NCBI RefSeq assembly: GCF_001194135.2
Contig: NC_068982.1
Location: 183,071,588-183,135,587 of the forward strand
Reading direction: 5' to 3'
Source: Octopus bimaculoides
Lineage: Eukaryota
DNA length: 64,000 bases
The position numbers and the translations under genes were made by a program. The notes beneath the pieces are model-generated. The model saw only the letters and a list, made by a program, of their open reading frames with translations. It made no database searches and was not told the DNA's origin. Below, in pieces: positions 34,391 through 48,733 of the stretch. Every line of letters begins with the position of its first letter. Position 1 is the first letter of the stretch.

Positions 34391-35502
34391 CTAACTGAAG
34401 ACATCTACCCTATTGATGTCTTAACACTGTAATACTGCATCCACCCTGATAAAATTTCTACCAGTAGCTAGAGTCACTAACATCCACATACATTATTTCA
34501 GTTGAGGTTTGACTGATAATAAATATAGTCTGTGGAATGTCTTGACAATAACCCCACAAAATATACATTCTTGATTTTCATACAATGCCATATTCTAACT
34601 CAGTTCAGTTTACCAGTATGTGTTCTATAGCTTAAAAACAATTTTCTTCCTTTGATCAACTCTATAAACAATAGGCTAAGAATTAGCCACAACCATATAT
34701 GTAAGAGGAAATATATATATATATATATATATAAACAATATATACTAACTCTTATTGACAATATAGACTTTTATAAACAATATAGACTAACCAGGGTTAT
34801 CATTTATGCAGATTTTGTTGCACTGCTTAACAACTCTGCATCCGAACATATTTCAAAGCAGTTGAACCTCAAATATTTTCCAAAGTAAAATCATAGCAAA
34901 AGCTTTTGTAAGAAAATCAAGACTGGCATAAAGTTATGACCACTAGTTGTATACATTAATACTTTATACATCACGATTGATGGATGATCAATGATTGAGA
35001 GATAAAATGTCTTGCAGTATTTAGTTATGGATCAATAGTCTATTTTAATTCAATTCTGACATTGGTCAGATTTACCTTTAATTCTGCCAGGGTTGATAAA
35101 ATAGAGTACCAATCAAATATTTGGCTCTATGTGATTGAATATACCCTACCCTATATTTGAGGTTATGTGCCTATGAAAGAAATCAATATTTAGCACGTCA
35201 TAAGCCATAATTTTAATCCTTAAGACATCTTAGATCATAAGTCTTATTTGTTTCTTGTGTCAGTCATTGGACTGTGGCCATGCTGGGCAAGACATCATAA
35301 GTCTTCAATTAATCACGAAACAACAATCATCCAGCCACCTGATACAACACCAAAATGTTCTTAAAACTTGACTTCACATAACCAGTTTCTCCTCCCAAGA
35401 ATAACATTTCTTACATAGGTCACAGGTTCAAACATTAATATTTGACAAAAAACCTCACTAATTTATGAGAAGGTTCAGTTAATATGTTCGTCTACTGTAA
35501 TT

Positions 35503-35730
35503 AAGCCTTTAGCATTGAGATTACTTTGTCAAATGTAATGCTTATTTATTCACATTGTTTTGAATTAATCATGCATTACCTTACAACTTTGAGATTTCAA
35601 TGCAGTGTTTCTATATTTTTAGAATGACATTGTAGGGTTGGTGTGAGAGGCCACATCTGGCCTGTTTGAATATAAAACAGGAAGAATATTTGGGCCAGAT
35701 ATAGCCAGTTTGAATGCTAAAGGATTAACA
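35503..35730 (-). mobile_element. TTAA-flanked piggyBac-like MITE
   Basis: ttaagcctttagcatt ... aatgctaaaggattaa; reverse-complement copy of 62602-62826. Confidence 0.65.
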
Positions 35731-35846
35731 GTCTTTTAGCTAACCATTTTATATTCAAATTTCAACCAAGGTTAATTTATGCTCCCCACTGCCACTACCA
35801 CCTAAACCCAAATCATCAAAACAGAGAGAAATAGGTGAATACTCAC

Positions 35847-35978
35847 TCCTTCCCTTCCATATGACTGGAGTTGAGAAATTCTCACTTGCTCCATGACAGC
35901 AGCAATTCCCCAAACATCATGTCTCAGTTCCTCAGCATAGCGTTGCACCAACAGTGGCGGGATGCCACAGTAACCATT
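35847..35978 (-). CDS. SASH1: SASH1-like exon, conserved pre-SAM2 region
   Basis: ctctgtttcag| [44 protein letters not shown] |gtgagt. Compare SASH1 [18 protein letters not shown]...MDQIRVKQL. Confidence 0.93.
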
Positions 35979-36157
35979 CTGAAACAGAGACAATAGCGAC
36001 AATGTTGATATCTACCTGTAGAATTCTTATGCATATCCAGAGCCAAGTCTATATATTACATGTTTGCATACTTATATTCTTGAAAACACAACACAACACA
36101 CACACAAACACAATGGTCTACTTACTAAATTGATAAAAACAGAAAGTGTTGTATTAC

Positions 36158-37338
36158 CTTGTCACTGTAAGGCTCTAAGGAAAGATCAATCTTCTCATCA
36201 GATAACTTGGCCTTCACTAGTGGAATTAAAGATCGACTGGGGGGTTTCGGTGGCCGTGGAATAGTACGGTTGGGGGAATCTTTGCTGCCATAATAACTTC
36301 CTTCAATAGTTCTTCCCAAAGTTCCAGGGAAATATATTTGATTGGGGATGTTATCTCCTTCGAGAAACATTGGTGGTTTACTTCCATAAATCAGCTTTTG
36401 TGTCCTCAGATGGTTCTCATTAACACTGTTGCCTTTTTTACGGAAAGGGTCCATTTGTGTGCTCACATCCCTTTTAACCATTGGGGATGAAGACAAAGAA
36501 TCTGAAAGTATGATGTGATAGGATGGAGATACCACTCTATCCATCATCACCAAACTTCCATTTGTCTTAGCAGAACATAGTTTGCTGGCTGATTTTCTCA
36601 GTGAAACAGGTTTTGAGTTCCTGTGGGGCGAAATGTCAGAGAGGTCACTCTGCGTTCCATCTGATCCCTCCGATCCACAACTGCGTATCGGCGTCTTGCA
36701 GTCAACAATAGCCACATTGATCGGGCCATGCTGCTCATGCTTCTTACTAAGATGATGTAACATTGGGCTGACATGGCTGCATTCTGCTGTCATGTTACAG
36801 AAAGAACTGGAATGTGAGATATATCCATTGGCAATACTTTCCTGTGCAGACTGCTGGGCACTTGAACAGCGCTGGACTCTAGTGAGAGGTGTAGCTTTCT
36901 TTGGAGAAGCCCGGATCTCTTTCTGAGCAAATCCATCTGTAATTTCACATACCTCTCGGTCCTCGGCAGATAATTCGAGATCACTGATTTCATAGTTGGT
37001 ACTGGGTTCTGTCTGTCCAGCCGTTTGACAAGCAATGCTTTTCTGCGGCTGGCTTTCATCTTTGTTTGTTACATCTGCCTCCGATATACTGTTGTCAGTA
37101 GCAGACTGACCCAACATTTTCTTCTTATGAATATCTTCATCAGAAGGACGAGCAGATTGCTGACCTTTGTGGAGTGAATTGTCACTACTAGCATAGAAGC
37201 CTGAGTCCCTACTCATGGGCTGAATGGGCATTGGAGGGGGTGGTTCAGTGTTAAATAAGGTTGGGGGTGACAGACTAGAGGGGGTGTCAGCTGGAGTGTT
37301 GCTGTCACATTTAGCTGGGACATCAAGAATATCAGGGG
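36158..37338 (-). CDS. SASH1: SASH1-like large Ser/Pro-rich exon
   Basis: ttttctctcatttcag| (S)PDILDVPAK...PPPPMPIQPMSRDSGFYASSDN...[11 protein letters not shown] |gtaata. 1181 nt open, phase 1 to 0. Confidence 0.93.
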
Positions 37339-39177
37339 CTGAAATGAGAGAAAAATAAAAAACAATGTCAGAATACCAAGAATAATAAATGTGTTAGGAA
37401 CAATTTCAGAAGATAAAAATAGTGGTGGTGGTGGTGGTGGTGGTTGTGTCATGGTGGCAGCTGCAGTAGAAGCCATATGGTGGTGGTTGTAGTAGGGTTC
37501 AGTGGACATAGGGGCAGTTGTGGTAGATACTGTAGTGGCTGCAGTGATGTAAAAAGTAGTGATGATGTCTGAGTGGTAACAGAGACTATATCAAGACAGG
37601 GTAGTGATAATAATGTTGGGTGGTGGTGGTGGTGGTAGTGATGTTATGTTGATGCTGTAGTAGGAGTAAATTTGTGGAAGGGGTCAATATAAGATTTTCT
37701 AGTTAATATCTATCTGCAATAAATTGCTTATACTTAAAGAATACACAAAATATTTTAACAATGTTTTTTATAATAATAATTTTTTATAACATTTAGTTAT
37801 GAAAATATAATGCGATGTTTTTAAAAACATTGAATGGCTATGGGACCTCATTTCAGTAAAACAAGGATCAAAGGGACCCACAGGCAAAAAATGGATGAGA
37901 AACACTGTATTAGAGGAAACATCTATAACTCAATCATCATATAATCAACATTGGGGACATGATAAAATGGGAAATCATCCTACATACGAAATGAAACCAG
38001 GACTATTATCTCTGAACTAGAAAGTGTACCTAGTGTAGACAGAGTGCTTAGGTGACCAAGTGTTCCCAGAGTAACTACTGTACTTAATTCACTGTTATAT
38101 CGTGTCTCTTTAATAAGGTTCTATTCAATATAAAGACAATAATTTATCGCTAATGCTTAAATAATCAGTCAAGATTTTTACCCAGTCTAAGGAAGTAGCA
38201 ATGTGGATAACTTAACCCAAAAGAATATGACAACCTCTATGTAGTCACTGAACATAATAGAAATAATAGTCAAATTGCCTTCAAATTATACCCTGCTATC
38301 TTTAAAAAGAGAAAAATAAAACCATATGTTAATTTATTCCTAGCTCATCATGCTGAGTAAAGTATGGGATGGTCATACATGGAATACCTTTGCTTATATG
38401 TCTGTTCAATCAGAGCTGACCCAGGTTTGAGCAACACCACTTCAAATTTTCCATCAAAATTAATATTTCAGGAAAAGAAAAGAAAATCAGGAGTGCATTC
38501 ACAGAGTTACTTCCCTTGTATATTTTTTTTAAATCCAAAACTTCTCCCTCCCTCCCCCTCTCTCTCTCCTCCTCTCTCTTTCTCTGTTTTAAACAGAGCT
38601 CCAAATCAGCCCCAATCAAGCAAAACTTTTTCTTTTTTCCAGACATGTCTATCTAGAATTACATTAGCCAGTGAGTCATTCCCCTTTAAGATAGTGTAGT
38701 GTAATCTGAAGGAGATTTGGTTGTTGTTTCTAACTGATCAAGTGACCACATAGAAGTCCAACGTTAGCAAGAATTTTCAAGCAATGTCAGTTTCTAAGTA
38801 GATAGTCTACCAACCTGTTTTTATGACAACACTTATTATCAACAGCTCAGTTCACCTGGCTGTAAATAGTCCATTCTCCTGTATCTATAGCAACAACAAC
38901 ACTTAATTCTCAACACCCCAATGGGTTCTAGATCTTTGACAGATGCGGAATAAGACAATGAAAAGCCACACTAATGTATTTCTCTTTAAGATACATATGT
39001 ACAAATATCACTGAGTGTATAACTTATTGAATGGTAAGGATTACTAGACAGTATCAAAAATATTTGGAGATTAGTCAAATTGTTTATTGACTGATACCTA
39101 AACATAAACTACCACATTTGTAAGCAAAGTCCTAAAAACTCATGAGTTAAAAATTAAGTAAAGAAAGGAGTACTCAC

Positions 39178-39328
39178 AATTACAATCGACAAGGAGCTCC
39201 GCTGCAGTCAAAAGTTTGGCACGTTGTTCTGTATCACGAATATTCAACTCGCTGAGGTCATCTTCATCGATATCAACAAACGTTTCCAGTTTGTCGTATC
39301 CATTCAACAAGAAAATACTCGTTAAATG
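39178..39328 (-). CDS. SASH1: SASH1-like exon, SAM1
   Basis: [50 protein letters not shown] |gtgagt. Compare SASH1 [45 protein letters not shown]. Confidence 0.95.
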
Positions 39329-41004
39329 CTGTATGCCAGCATGGTGATTTGTTATGGTGTGATGGAACAGAGGAAAGAAATAGAAAGGAATGCATGAGAA
39401 GTGAAGGCAGACATGTACAAATAGATTTATGAAGAATATAACATGATTAATACTTTGGGAATGGTTTACTAACATATTGTGAAACATCTGGGACAGTTAA
39501 ATTAATAGAACACCTTACATCTAGACAAGAGTTTGTCATTTCATATAGAGCTTTTGCTATTGCAATGTATGTGTGTCAAAGAAATCTAATCATTAATAGT
39601 ACATCATAGTAATTAGGTATTGCTGTTTAGTATACTGAACATATGTGGCCTCATGGTTCAAGTGTTGGACTCACACTCATGAGGTTATAAGTTCAATTTC
39701 TGGACCAAGCAATGCATTGTTTCCATTGAGCAAAGCACTTCCATTTCAAATTGCTCCAGTCTACTCAGCTGAAATGAGTACCAACCCAAAACTGGTGCAG
39801 CCCTCTCTCCCTCCAGTTGTCACATACTAGATGTTCTGTTCAGCTAAGTACGGGTGGCTTGAGAGGATGTCTATATCTGTACACAACTACACAGCCACCC
39901 AAGACAATTAGAGAAAAAATGGTGCATGTTACCAAGGCATACTCCCTTGCAAGTGACAGGTGTGCTGCCTTTTACATTTTTACTCTCTTTCTAATCTAGG
40001 TACTTATCTGTCATCAGTCCCAGTCTACTTAGCTGTATATCGGTACAAGAGTGTTACACATTTCACCAGTGCAAAGAGTATCTGCTCTGTAGAGTTAACA
40101 ACTGATACATTGTTTGCAGCTAAAAGTTTAACTGCTGGTAAAAGTAATCAGCAATAGATCTGCCCAGGATGAAAGTTTATGTTCAATGTACTTAATACAG
40201 TACAGAAATAGGTATCTGTGGACCCTAAACACATGAAAGGGACAATGACTAATATACATTGATAAAACTACAAATGTCTCAAACAATTAAATAACCGATA
40301 CAAGCTGGCTCAAATATTTTATCTGTTTTGTGTTCAAACCATCCAGATCTGATCTCTCACACCTACCCTACAGTGACATCCTAAAAATTCAACAATCATA
40401 TTATTGAACTCTCAAAGCTACAAGATTATGCATGATCAATTTAAGACAATGGGAATAAATATGCATTACATTGGACAAAGTAATCTGAATGCCAAAGAGT
40501 TAAACATTAGAAACCAAAGTACTACATAACTTTTAAATCAATAAATACAAGTGTTTAGCTCTAAATAATTATGTAACAAAAGTAGGCAACACTGAGTACC
40601 TGTAAATACTGCATATAAAAAAATGGTATCAAATTTTGGCACAAGGCTTGCAATTTTAGGGGCAGGGCTAAGTTGATTACATCAACCACAGTGCTCAACT
40701 GTACTTATTTTGTTGACCTTGAGAGGACGAAAGGCAAAGTCAACTTTGGCAGAATATAAGGCTGGAAGGAATGCTGCAAAGCATTTTGTCTGACTAATTA
40801 GATTGGAGCCTGGTGTTGCCATCCGGTTTCACCAGTCCTCAGTCGAATCGTCCAACCCATGCTAGCATGGAAAGCGGACGTTAAACGATGATGATGATGA
40901 TGATGAATGATTCTTCCAGCTTGCTGCTTGTACTACAGATATAAAATAAAGAGATGCTACGTACTTCTATATGTTACGTATTTAATGTAGGGAGTATTAC
41001 TTAC

Positions 41005-41220
41005 CTCTAAACCAATGCGCTGCATCAGTTCCTCAACATTACGTGGTTTCGACCGCTGTGAGTTCCTTCTTCGATGAATTCTCTCCTTGCGTTGGCCACG
41101 CGGAGTGTCATCACTAATCATTTCAACATGTGAAAACCGGAAGTTACCAACTTTTTGTCTCAACATACCTTTCCAGATTCCTGGCTGAATCATACTCATC
41201 ACTTGGATAATGTCACCTTT
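41005..41220 (-). CDS. SASH1: SASH1-like exon, SH3 C-half, basic NLS-like stretch, SAM1 start
   Basis: cattcacag| KGDIIQVMSMIQPGIWKGMLRQKVGNFRFSHVEMISDDTPRGQRKERIHRRRNSQRSKPRNVEELMQRIGLE |gtaagt. 216 nt, phase 0-0. Confidence 0.95.
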
Positions 41221-41373
41221 CTGTGAATGGCGGTGGCAGGAGAGAAAGGGAAAAGAGTCAATGGCAATTCTGTTGACAAGATGAAGATACTGTTATGATG
41301 TGTTTGTGTGTGTGTGTGTGTGTGTGTTGGTGGGTAGGAGGCAGACAGACAGGTTGAGAAACAGACAGACATG

Positions 41374-41545
<172 letters not shown>

Positions 41546-42386
41546 TATTCAACATTAAAAATCCAACTTTGTTTAAGTTTTATCTTTCGCATTACAAATT
41601 TTTCACATTTTCATGTTCTTGCAGTTGGTTAATCTAGAACAATAAAGTTTTTATATTTGTATTCAACATTTCCAGACCTTTACATGTTCATCTTCAGAAA
41701 ACGTACTTGATCTGACATCTGTGTTGCTTCTTATAAAAGTGGTCAAATTGTTGTAGACTTCATCACCAAAGTCTTCACTTTCTTTCTCACTTTGAGCAGT
41801 CACATGTTAATTCTTTAGTGTGTTTGATGTTTGCCTGTTTATTTTGTCATTGCATTGTGATGTGAGTACGGCTTCCATGTTGTATGTATGTTTGTATATG
41901 TGTATTTGCATGTATATATATATATATATATGAGACCTTTGGAAATGTGCTGTGCGTGAGAAGACCCGGCAAGCCAAGTAAGATCGTTGCCAGTGCCCCT
42001 GGACTGGTTCTTGTGCAGGTGGCACATGAGATGCACCATTTTGAGCATGGCCGTTGCCAGTACCGCCTGACTGGCTCCTGTAGGATTTTCGAGCGAGACC
42101 GTTGCCAGTGCCCCTGGACTGGCTTGTGCGGGTGGCACATAAAAGACACCATTTCGAGCGTGGCCGTTTTCGTGCGGGTGACACGTAAAAGCACCCACNN
42201 NNNNNNNNNNNNNNNNNNNNNNNNNNNNNNNNNNNNNNNNNNNNNNNNNNNNNNNNNNNNNNNNNNNNNNNNNNNNNNNNNNNNNNNNNNNNNNNNNNNN
42301 NNNNNNNNNNNNNNNNNNNNNNNNNNNNNNNNNNNNNNNNNNNNNNNNNNNNNNNNNNNNNNNNNNNNNNNNNNNNNNNNNNNNNN

Positions 42387-42431
<45 letters not shown>

Positions 42432-42735
42432 TATCATCATCATCACTTAACATCTGTCCAACCCATGCTGGCATGGGTTGGACAGTTTGAGAGGTAGAAG
42501 AGTACACCAGGTTGTTGTGTCTGCTTTGGTATCATTTCTTTATGACTATACATGTGTGGGTATGTGTGTAAAATTATGCATAAAAGTGTGCATGTGTATT
42601 TGGAGAGAGTGAGAGCATTTTTACACACACACAGATGTATTGCAATGACAGATTTTCTGATATTCCTACAATGCATCTATTGGAAAAGCACAAGCCTGTA
42701 GCCACAGATAGAAATAAAAATATTATGTTACTCAC

Positions 42736-42881
42736 CCTTAATACTAAAGCATCTTTCTCCTGTGGCTCAGGGTCATAGTCAGTATGTACCCTAGCCTGCC
42801 CTAAAAATGGGCCAGAGTAGAGAGGCATGCCATCTACAGTAGAGGCTATGGAATTCTGGGAAATTGTCACTTGGTATTTGC
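42736..42881 (-). CDS. SASH1: SASH1-like exon, SH3 N-half
   Basis: KYQVTISQNSIASTVDGMPLYSGPFLGQARVHTDYDPEPQEKDALVLR |gtgagt. Compare SASH1 [28 protein letters not shown]. Confidence 0.93.
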
Positions 42882-43011
42882 CTGGACGATAGAAATAATG
42901 GAATATCAGATTGTGGAGCAGATGACGTATAGATTGATGTGCACACATACACAGACACCCCTCCACACACACACAAACACATATGTATGTTATTTCTACA
43001 ATAGACACAAA

Positions 43012-43200
43012 GCCTGAAATTTGGGGGAAGTGGACAAGTCAATTACATCAACCCCAGTATTCAACCGGTACTTATTTTATCCACCCTGAAAAGATAAAAG
43101 GCAAAGTCAACCTCGGCAGAATTTGAACTCAGAACATAAAGATGGCAGAAATGCAACCAAGCATTTTGTCAGGCATGATAATGGCTATGCCAGTTTACCA
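43012..43200 (-). mobile_element. SINE family A copy (others at about 40633-40795 and 44165-44350)
   Basis: Reverse-complement match to the family core. Confidence 0.8.
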
Positions 43201-43911
43201 CCTTCAAATGCATGCATGCATGCATACAAGCATGCATCCATCCTTCCTTCCTTCCATACACACACACATGTACCATCAGTAATTACTCAGGGTAAGCAGT
43301 TGGTGGCCTTTATGTAGTAAAACACAAAAAAAATAAGTGAAACACAGGTGTGCGACTGAGTTGTAGGCAGATTTATTTCTGCCTTTATAGCATATAAAGA
43401 AAACGTTGTAGGAGTGTACGCAGCACATGTACTACAGCAGTACTATGTGTAGCTTAAATACTGAGATTGAAAAGCAGGGGCAAATTATGCTTACCTAATC
43501 TTCAAAAAAATAAAATATTTTGTATTTTATGCAGAATCATCAGAGTAACCTTCATAATTTTATTGAATTAGGTGCATATTTTGCCATAAAAGGAAAATGT
43601 TGCTATCGATCTATTTTATTCAAGGTAGACACTGCCTACCTTACCTACCTATTTGGCACATCTGTGATACATACATACATACATACATATACACACACAT
43701 ATACATGCAAAGACACATGAACCCACATCTATAAACACACACATAAATACACATACTCGCAAACACACAGGTCCACATACACATACTCACAGGATCACAC
43801 AGTGATGAGACACTCTGAAAGGGACAAAACCCTTCCAATCCGTACCGGCATAGGCAAGCAGACATAAAAATGATGATAAATGGCTCTCTAGGAGAGACAA
43901 AACCAACTTAC

Positions 43912-43972
43912 ACCTATTAAATATTTCTGGGCTTCCTGTTACAGCATGGACATCGGATACATCTTGGTTCAT
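43912..43972 (-). CDS. SASH1: SASH1-like small exon
   Basis: ctactttctatttcag| MNQDVSDVHAVTGSPEIFNR-T |gtaagt. Only one frame is open, and the phase 1 end completes TGC with the next exon. Confidence 0.75.
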
Positions 43973-45899
43973 CTGAAATAGAAAGTAGAATGCTTATACT
44001 GCTGTAATTGTGTTGCTGTTGTGTGATGGTGGTGTAGTATGAAAGAAAAATCATTTATATAGTGTGTGTTTGTATGGGTAGATATAGAAACAATTACATT
44101 TTTAGAAGAGTCATTTTAGCTGTTTAAGAATTTGCTATTATATTTAATTAATATGTTGTTCTCGAATTTTGGCACAAGGCCAGCAATTTCAGGGGTGGGG
44201 CAGTAAGTCAATTACATTGACCCCAGTACCTAACTGGTACTTATTTTATTGACCCTGAAAGGATGAAAAGCAAAGTCGATCTAGGGAGAATTTGAACTCA
44301 CGACATGAAGACAGGCAAAATGTCGCCCAGTGTGCTAATGATTCTGCCAGTTCACTACCTTATATTCAATCAATATATGACTTAATAGTTCAATCTGTTA
44401 TGGAATATATATTAAAAATAAAAACTTTTCAGACATTCTGTGACCTGGTCAGTGACAATTTTACTGAATTACATCCATAAGCAAGTCACAAAAGTGTGAC
44501 AAAACTTGTATGCTTTTTGTACCATTCACCATATAAATCAATGTACATGTGTGTATGTATATGAGAAAGAGAGAGAGAGAGAGAGAGAGTGTGTGTGTGT
44601 GTTCGTGTGTATGTGGTTGTGTGTGCTTTTAGCAGGGTTCACTGACCTGCCGTGACCTGTAATTTGGCTCCTTAGAACGTAGCAGTTTCTTTTTCAGGTC
44701 ATTCCTCAAATCTTTGTTTCTGTCATTAACACTCAATGACCGTTGTGTGATCATTCCTCGTGGACAACTCTGACTTAGTCTCTGCAATGACATAACAACA
44801 ACACAAATATACAGTTTTGTAGCAATACATAAATTAACTCACCCGACACCATACCTGCATACACATTAAAGCACCCACTACACTCTCGGAGTGGTTGGCG
44901 TTAGGAAAGGCATCCAGCTGTAGAAACTCTGCCAAATCAGACTGGAGCCTGGTGAAGCCATCTGGTTTACCAGTCCTCAGTCAAATCGTCCAACCCATGC
45001 TAGCATGGAAAGCGGACGTTAAACGATGATGATGATGATGTATAAAATGATGTAACAGCAACATAACCAGAGAATATTAAAACAATGTGTGGATTAACAC
45101 TCCATACATAGACATATATAGCTACCTACACATACATATACAATTACTGAAGGCAAGTGGCCTAGTGGTTAGACTGTTGCATTCATGATCTAAAGATCAT
45201 GGGTTCAATTCCCTGACTGGGCAGTGCATTGTGTTCTTGAGCAAAACTCTTCATTTCACGGTGCTCCAGACCCCTTCCAATCAGAGGAGGATGTTGGCCT
45301 GCTCATTTGCCTAGCTAGTGGGGTGTCATCATTTGTAGGCTAAAACAATGCAAAAGCGCATTATGATCAGTGATGTGTAACAATATCTGATAGCCTGCTT
45401 GACCATGTGGTCACATGATGTATACAATTATGTATACATTACATGTACAACTATGTAACAAACACAACACAACTTTGGAATATTAAAACTGCCCTTCAGA
45501 TTCTAGCTCCCTTCCTATCTCTCTGCTATAGTGTCTACTACTCCATTGAACTATTATTGGTCAATGTAACATTACTCATTTCTCCAACATTTTGTTGAGT
45601 CCTCCTTCTACCTCTACTACAACGTCCACTGATAACTGAAATACCAGTCTATATATATCACTACACCCAATGCTACACTAACTTGTGGTGCCCTCCTTTT
45701 ATATCTACTACAAAGTTTATTGCATCGTTGAACTATCAAGTTATGTACCACCCCTTATATATATATATCTACCTAATGCCTCTTTTCTCTCTCTTAATTG
45801 TTACATTATCTCCCTCATCAAAGTCTATATTAGACATTATCCTAATCCTTTTAACCCAAACTGCCTCACCCTCTGTTCATATTTTAGCTTCACACATCA

Positions 45900-46285
45900 C
45901 TGTTGTTGGCACTCCGTCGCTTACGACGTCGAGGGTTCCAGTTGATCCAATCAACTGAACAGCCTGCTCGTGAAATGAACGTGCAAGTGGCTGAGCACTC
46001 CACAGACACATGTACCCTTAACGTAGTTCTCGGGGATATTCAGCATGACACAGTGTGACAAGGCTGGCCCTTTGAATTACAGGCACAACAGAAACAGGAA
46101 GTAAGAGTGAGAGAAAGTTGTGGCGGAAGAGTACAGCAGGGTTCACCACCATCCCCTGCCGGAGCCTCGTGAAACTTGAAGTGTTTTCGCTCAATAAACA
46201 CTCACAACACCCGGTCTGGGAATCGAAACCGCGATCCTATGACCGCGAGTCCGCTGCCCTAACCACTGGGCCATTGCATCTCCAC
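45900..46285 (-). mobile_element. SINE family D (tRNA-derived head) copy
   Basis: Head gcaatggcccagtggttagggcagcggactcgcggtcataggatcgcggtttcgattccc on -. Related heads or bodies at about 11370-11635, 15420-15550, 39640-39960, 45140-45420, 56815-57045 and 60235-60480. Confidence 0.75.
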
Positions 46286-46358
46286 TGCTTGACACATCAA
46301 CCAGCAAGTAATTAGCATATTAAGTAATTAAAAAGAAAAAAAAACAACAACCACATAC

Positions 46359-46430
46359 CATATTTGTTTCATCATGATCGTCGTAGTCAGATGACATACC
46401 ATCATCACCTGTACTGTAACTATTGCTTCT
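46359..46430 (-). CDS. SASH1: SASH1-like small exon
   Basis: gttctatttttcag| RSNSYSTGDDGMSSDYDDHDETNM |gtatgt. 72 nt, phase 0-0. Confidence 0.7.
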
Positions 46431-46927
46431 CTGAAAAATAGAACAGACAGAAGGAATTGATAACTCAGAATCAGGGAGAACCGTTTCTGTGGTATTATGA
46501 TGGAATGGTAAAGTCAGAGACAGAGAGAATAGCTGTAGAATAGTAGTGGTGATGTAGAATGGTTGCATCAAAGAGAAGGTGAAGATGATATGGTAAAGTA
46601 GTTAAATGAATAAGACTGTTAAGATTGTGTATAGTCATTAGTTGGAGTGTTACTCTCTGCTTGCAGAGTTTTCATAATGAATTGTGTTCATTAAAATGGT
46701 TGATTAATACAGTTAGATTATTAACAAGGCCAACAATTCAGGATTGTGATATAAATGACTGAAGAGACTGTAGTATATTACTGGTATATATTAGAAGCCT
46801 TATATTACTGCAGTATATTACATGCTTTATCAAATCTGTAAAGACGTGAGAAACAGTAAACCTTCGCAGGATATAAACACATATGGGGATGAGAGTGATA
46901 GATCAATCATGGTTATCAATCACAGAC

Positions 46928-47007
<80 letters not shown>

Positions 47008-48673
47008 CAACAACACAGGAATTACAGGATTATTTCACATGGCTGGGAGATGAGACAAGAATACAGCATGGCTTGATAGAAGACATATACATTTATTATT
47101 CAAAATTTTAAATTGGTTTGATCCACAGGTAGAGGTTTGTGGCAATGGCTTTCACAGGCTTTCACAGGCTTCCTGAGAGTGGTGACATCAGTGCAATTAA
47201 CATGATGATGATGATCATCATTATTTAATGTCACCTTTCCATGCTGGCATGGGTTGGACGGTTTGACAGGAGCTGGCAAGTCAGAAGACTGTACCATGCT
47301 CTGCTGTCTGCTTCGGTGTGGTTTCTATCGCTGGATGTCCTTCCTAATGTCAACCACTTTACAGAGTGTACAAGGTGCTTTTTTGTATGTCACCAGCACT
47401 AGCAAGTTCACCAAGTAACTAGCATGACAAGACCTCTCATCTGAGAGGAGGGAAAATATTGAAGGAGAGGGCCTTGCGCCAAGTGATGAAAAATTAAGGT
47501 ATGAATAGAGAAACAAAGGTGTTTTGCAGTAGAGGGGATACAAGGATACCTCAAGCAGCGTTCTTTGAAGAGGAATGGACATAGTAGTTACCATGGGATG
47601 GACACTATATGGGTGACGACAGGAGAAGGGAGTAAAGATGAGTGGTTCAGAGTACCTGGGTATAGGTGACACAAGACCAGCAATCTCCAATGAGTAGGAG
47701 CTATTGTAATGGAAAAGTATAAAAATCAAATCAGAGAGAAAAGAGATAATGTCTGTGGGTCAAAGACTGGAGTGTGCTTGTGAGTGACTTCCTGCCAACC
47801 AGCTGAGCAATCTCTCTATAGAGGAAGCCTAAGATGGTTGTATGTGATGCAATAGTTCCTCAGATGTGAAAGCTATACTCCACTTGAGTTTTGTACAATG
47901 TTAGCAGTTGCTGGAGACTGAAGTATTGGCTCTGAAGAGAAAGATCAGTTTTAGTGATACAATCTCTAATATATTGAATATATTGAATATATGCATTTGC
48001 AGGAGAGATCCTCAGAAATGGTGAAGCTTAGCTTTTGTAGTAACCTTAAGGGTTTTAGCTGCATGCTGTTTGTGTTTTGTAGAATGAGGTATAATAATAT
48101 TATGCATTTTTGCTGGTGAAGTAGACAAGATTGGCTTATCTCCATGAGAGGATATTTTTGAGATCTACATTGATGGAGTTCATGTAGATTTAAAACGAGA
48201 TGTCTGAGTAGCATGTGGATGATGCTTGGATGCAGAATGTCAGAGAGAAATGAAGTGTGGTATCATCAGAGTTGAAGTGAGTGCTGATGAAGATGACAGT
48301 AAGATGAATATGACCTGCATGGGATACAAAACCAAACTTTGGGCACACCAGAGTGTGAGTCACACAGAAATCCAGCAGTATACTCCACATACACAACAAG
48401 CTACTAGTCAGAACCAAGCAACCAGTTAATACTCACATCTTCACCAATCAACATCCTATGTGTTAAACTATCAACCACTTAATACCACATGTTAACCGAG
48501 CAACCTTTGCTACATGTTAATCAGCTAACCCGTATTAAACCTACCCTAAATACTTGCTTTTCAACCCAAACCTATATTAAAACTCTTAAAATAGTTAGTA
48601 TTTTTTGTTTCTATCTGTTAGTGTTTTGCATCCATTTTCTCTGTTTTCCAGGTAGATTTGGTTTCCATTTGAA

Positions 48674-48733
48674 CATATATTTCCACAGCTAGAAAATATA
48701 TTTCCACAGCTAGAAAATATATTTCCACAGCTG
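48674..48733. repeat. 21-bp minisatellite, about 3 copies
   Basis: atatatttccacagctagaaa repeated. Confidence 0.85.

Noticed and set aside
44843-44854. Possible 12-nt phase-0 SASH1 microexon (VWCR) with GTGAGT donor
   Set aside because: Weak pyrimidine tract overlapping a SINE edge; untestable without RNA data.
46225-46285. tRNA-like sequence with A and B boxes
   Set aside because: Head of a tRNA-derived SINE continuing into the SINE body; not a tRNA gene.
48674-48733. Regular short direct repeats as a CRISPR candidate (also 2550-2600)
   Set aside because: Head-to-tail minisatellites with no spacers, in eukaryotic DNA with no cas genes.
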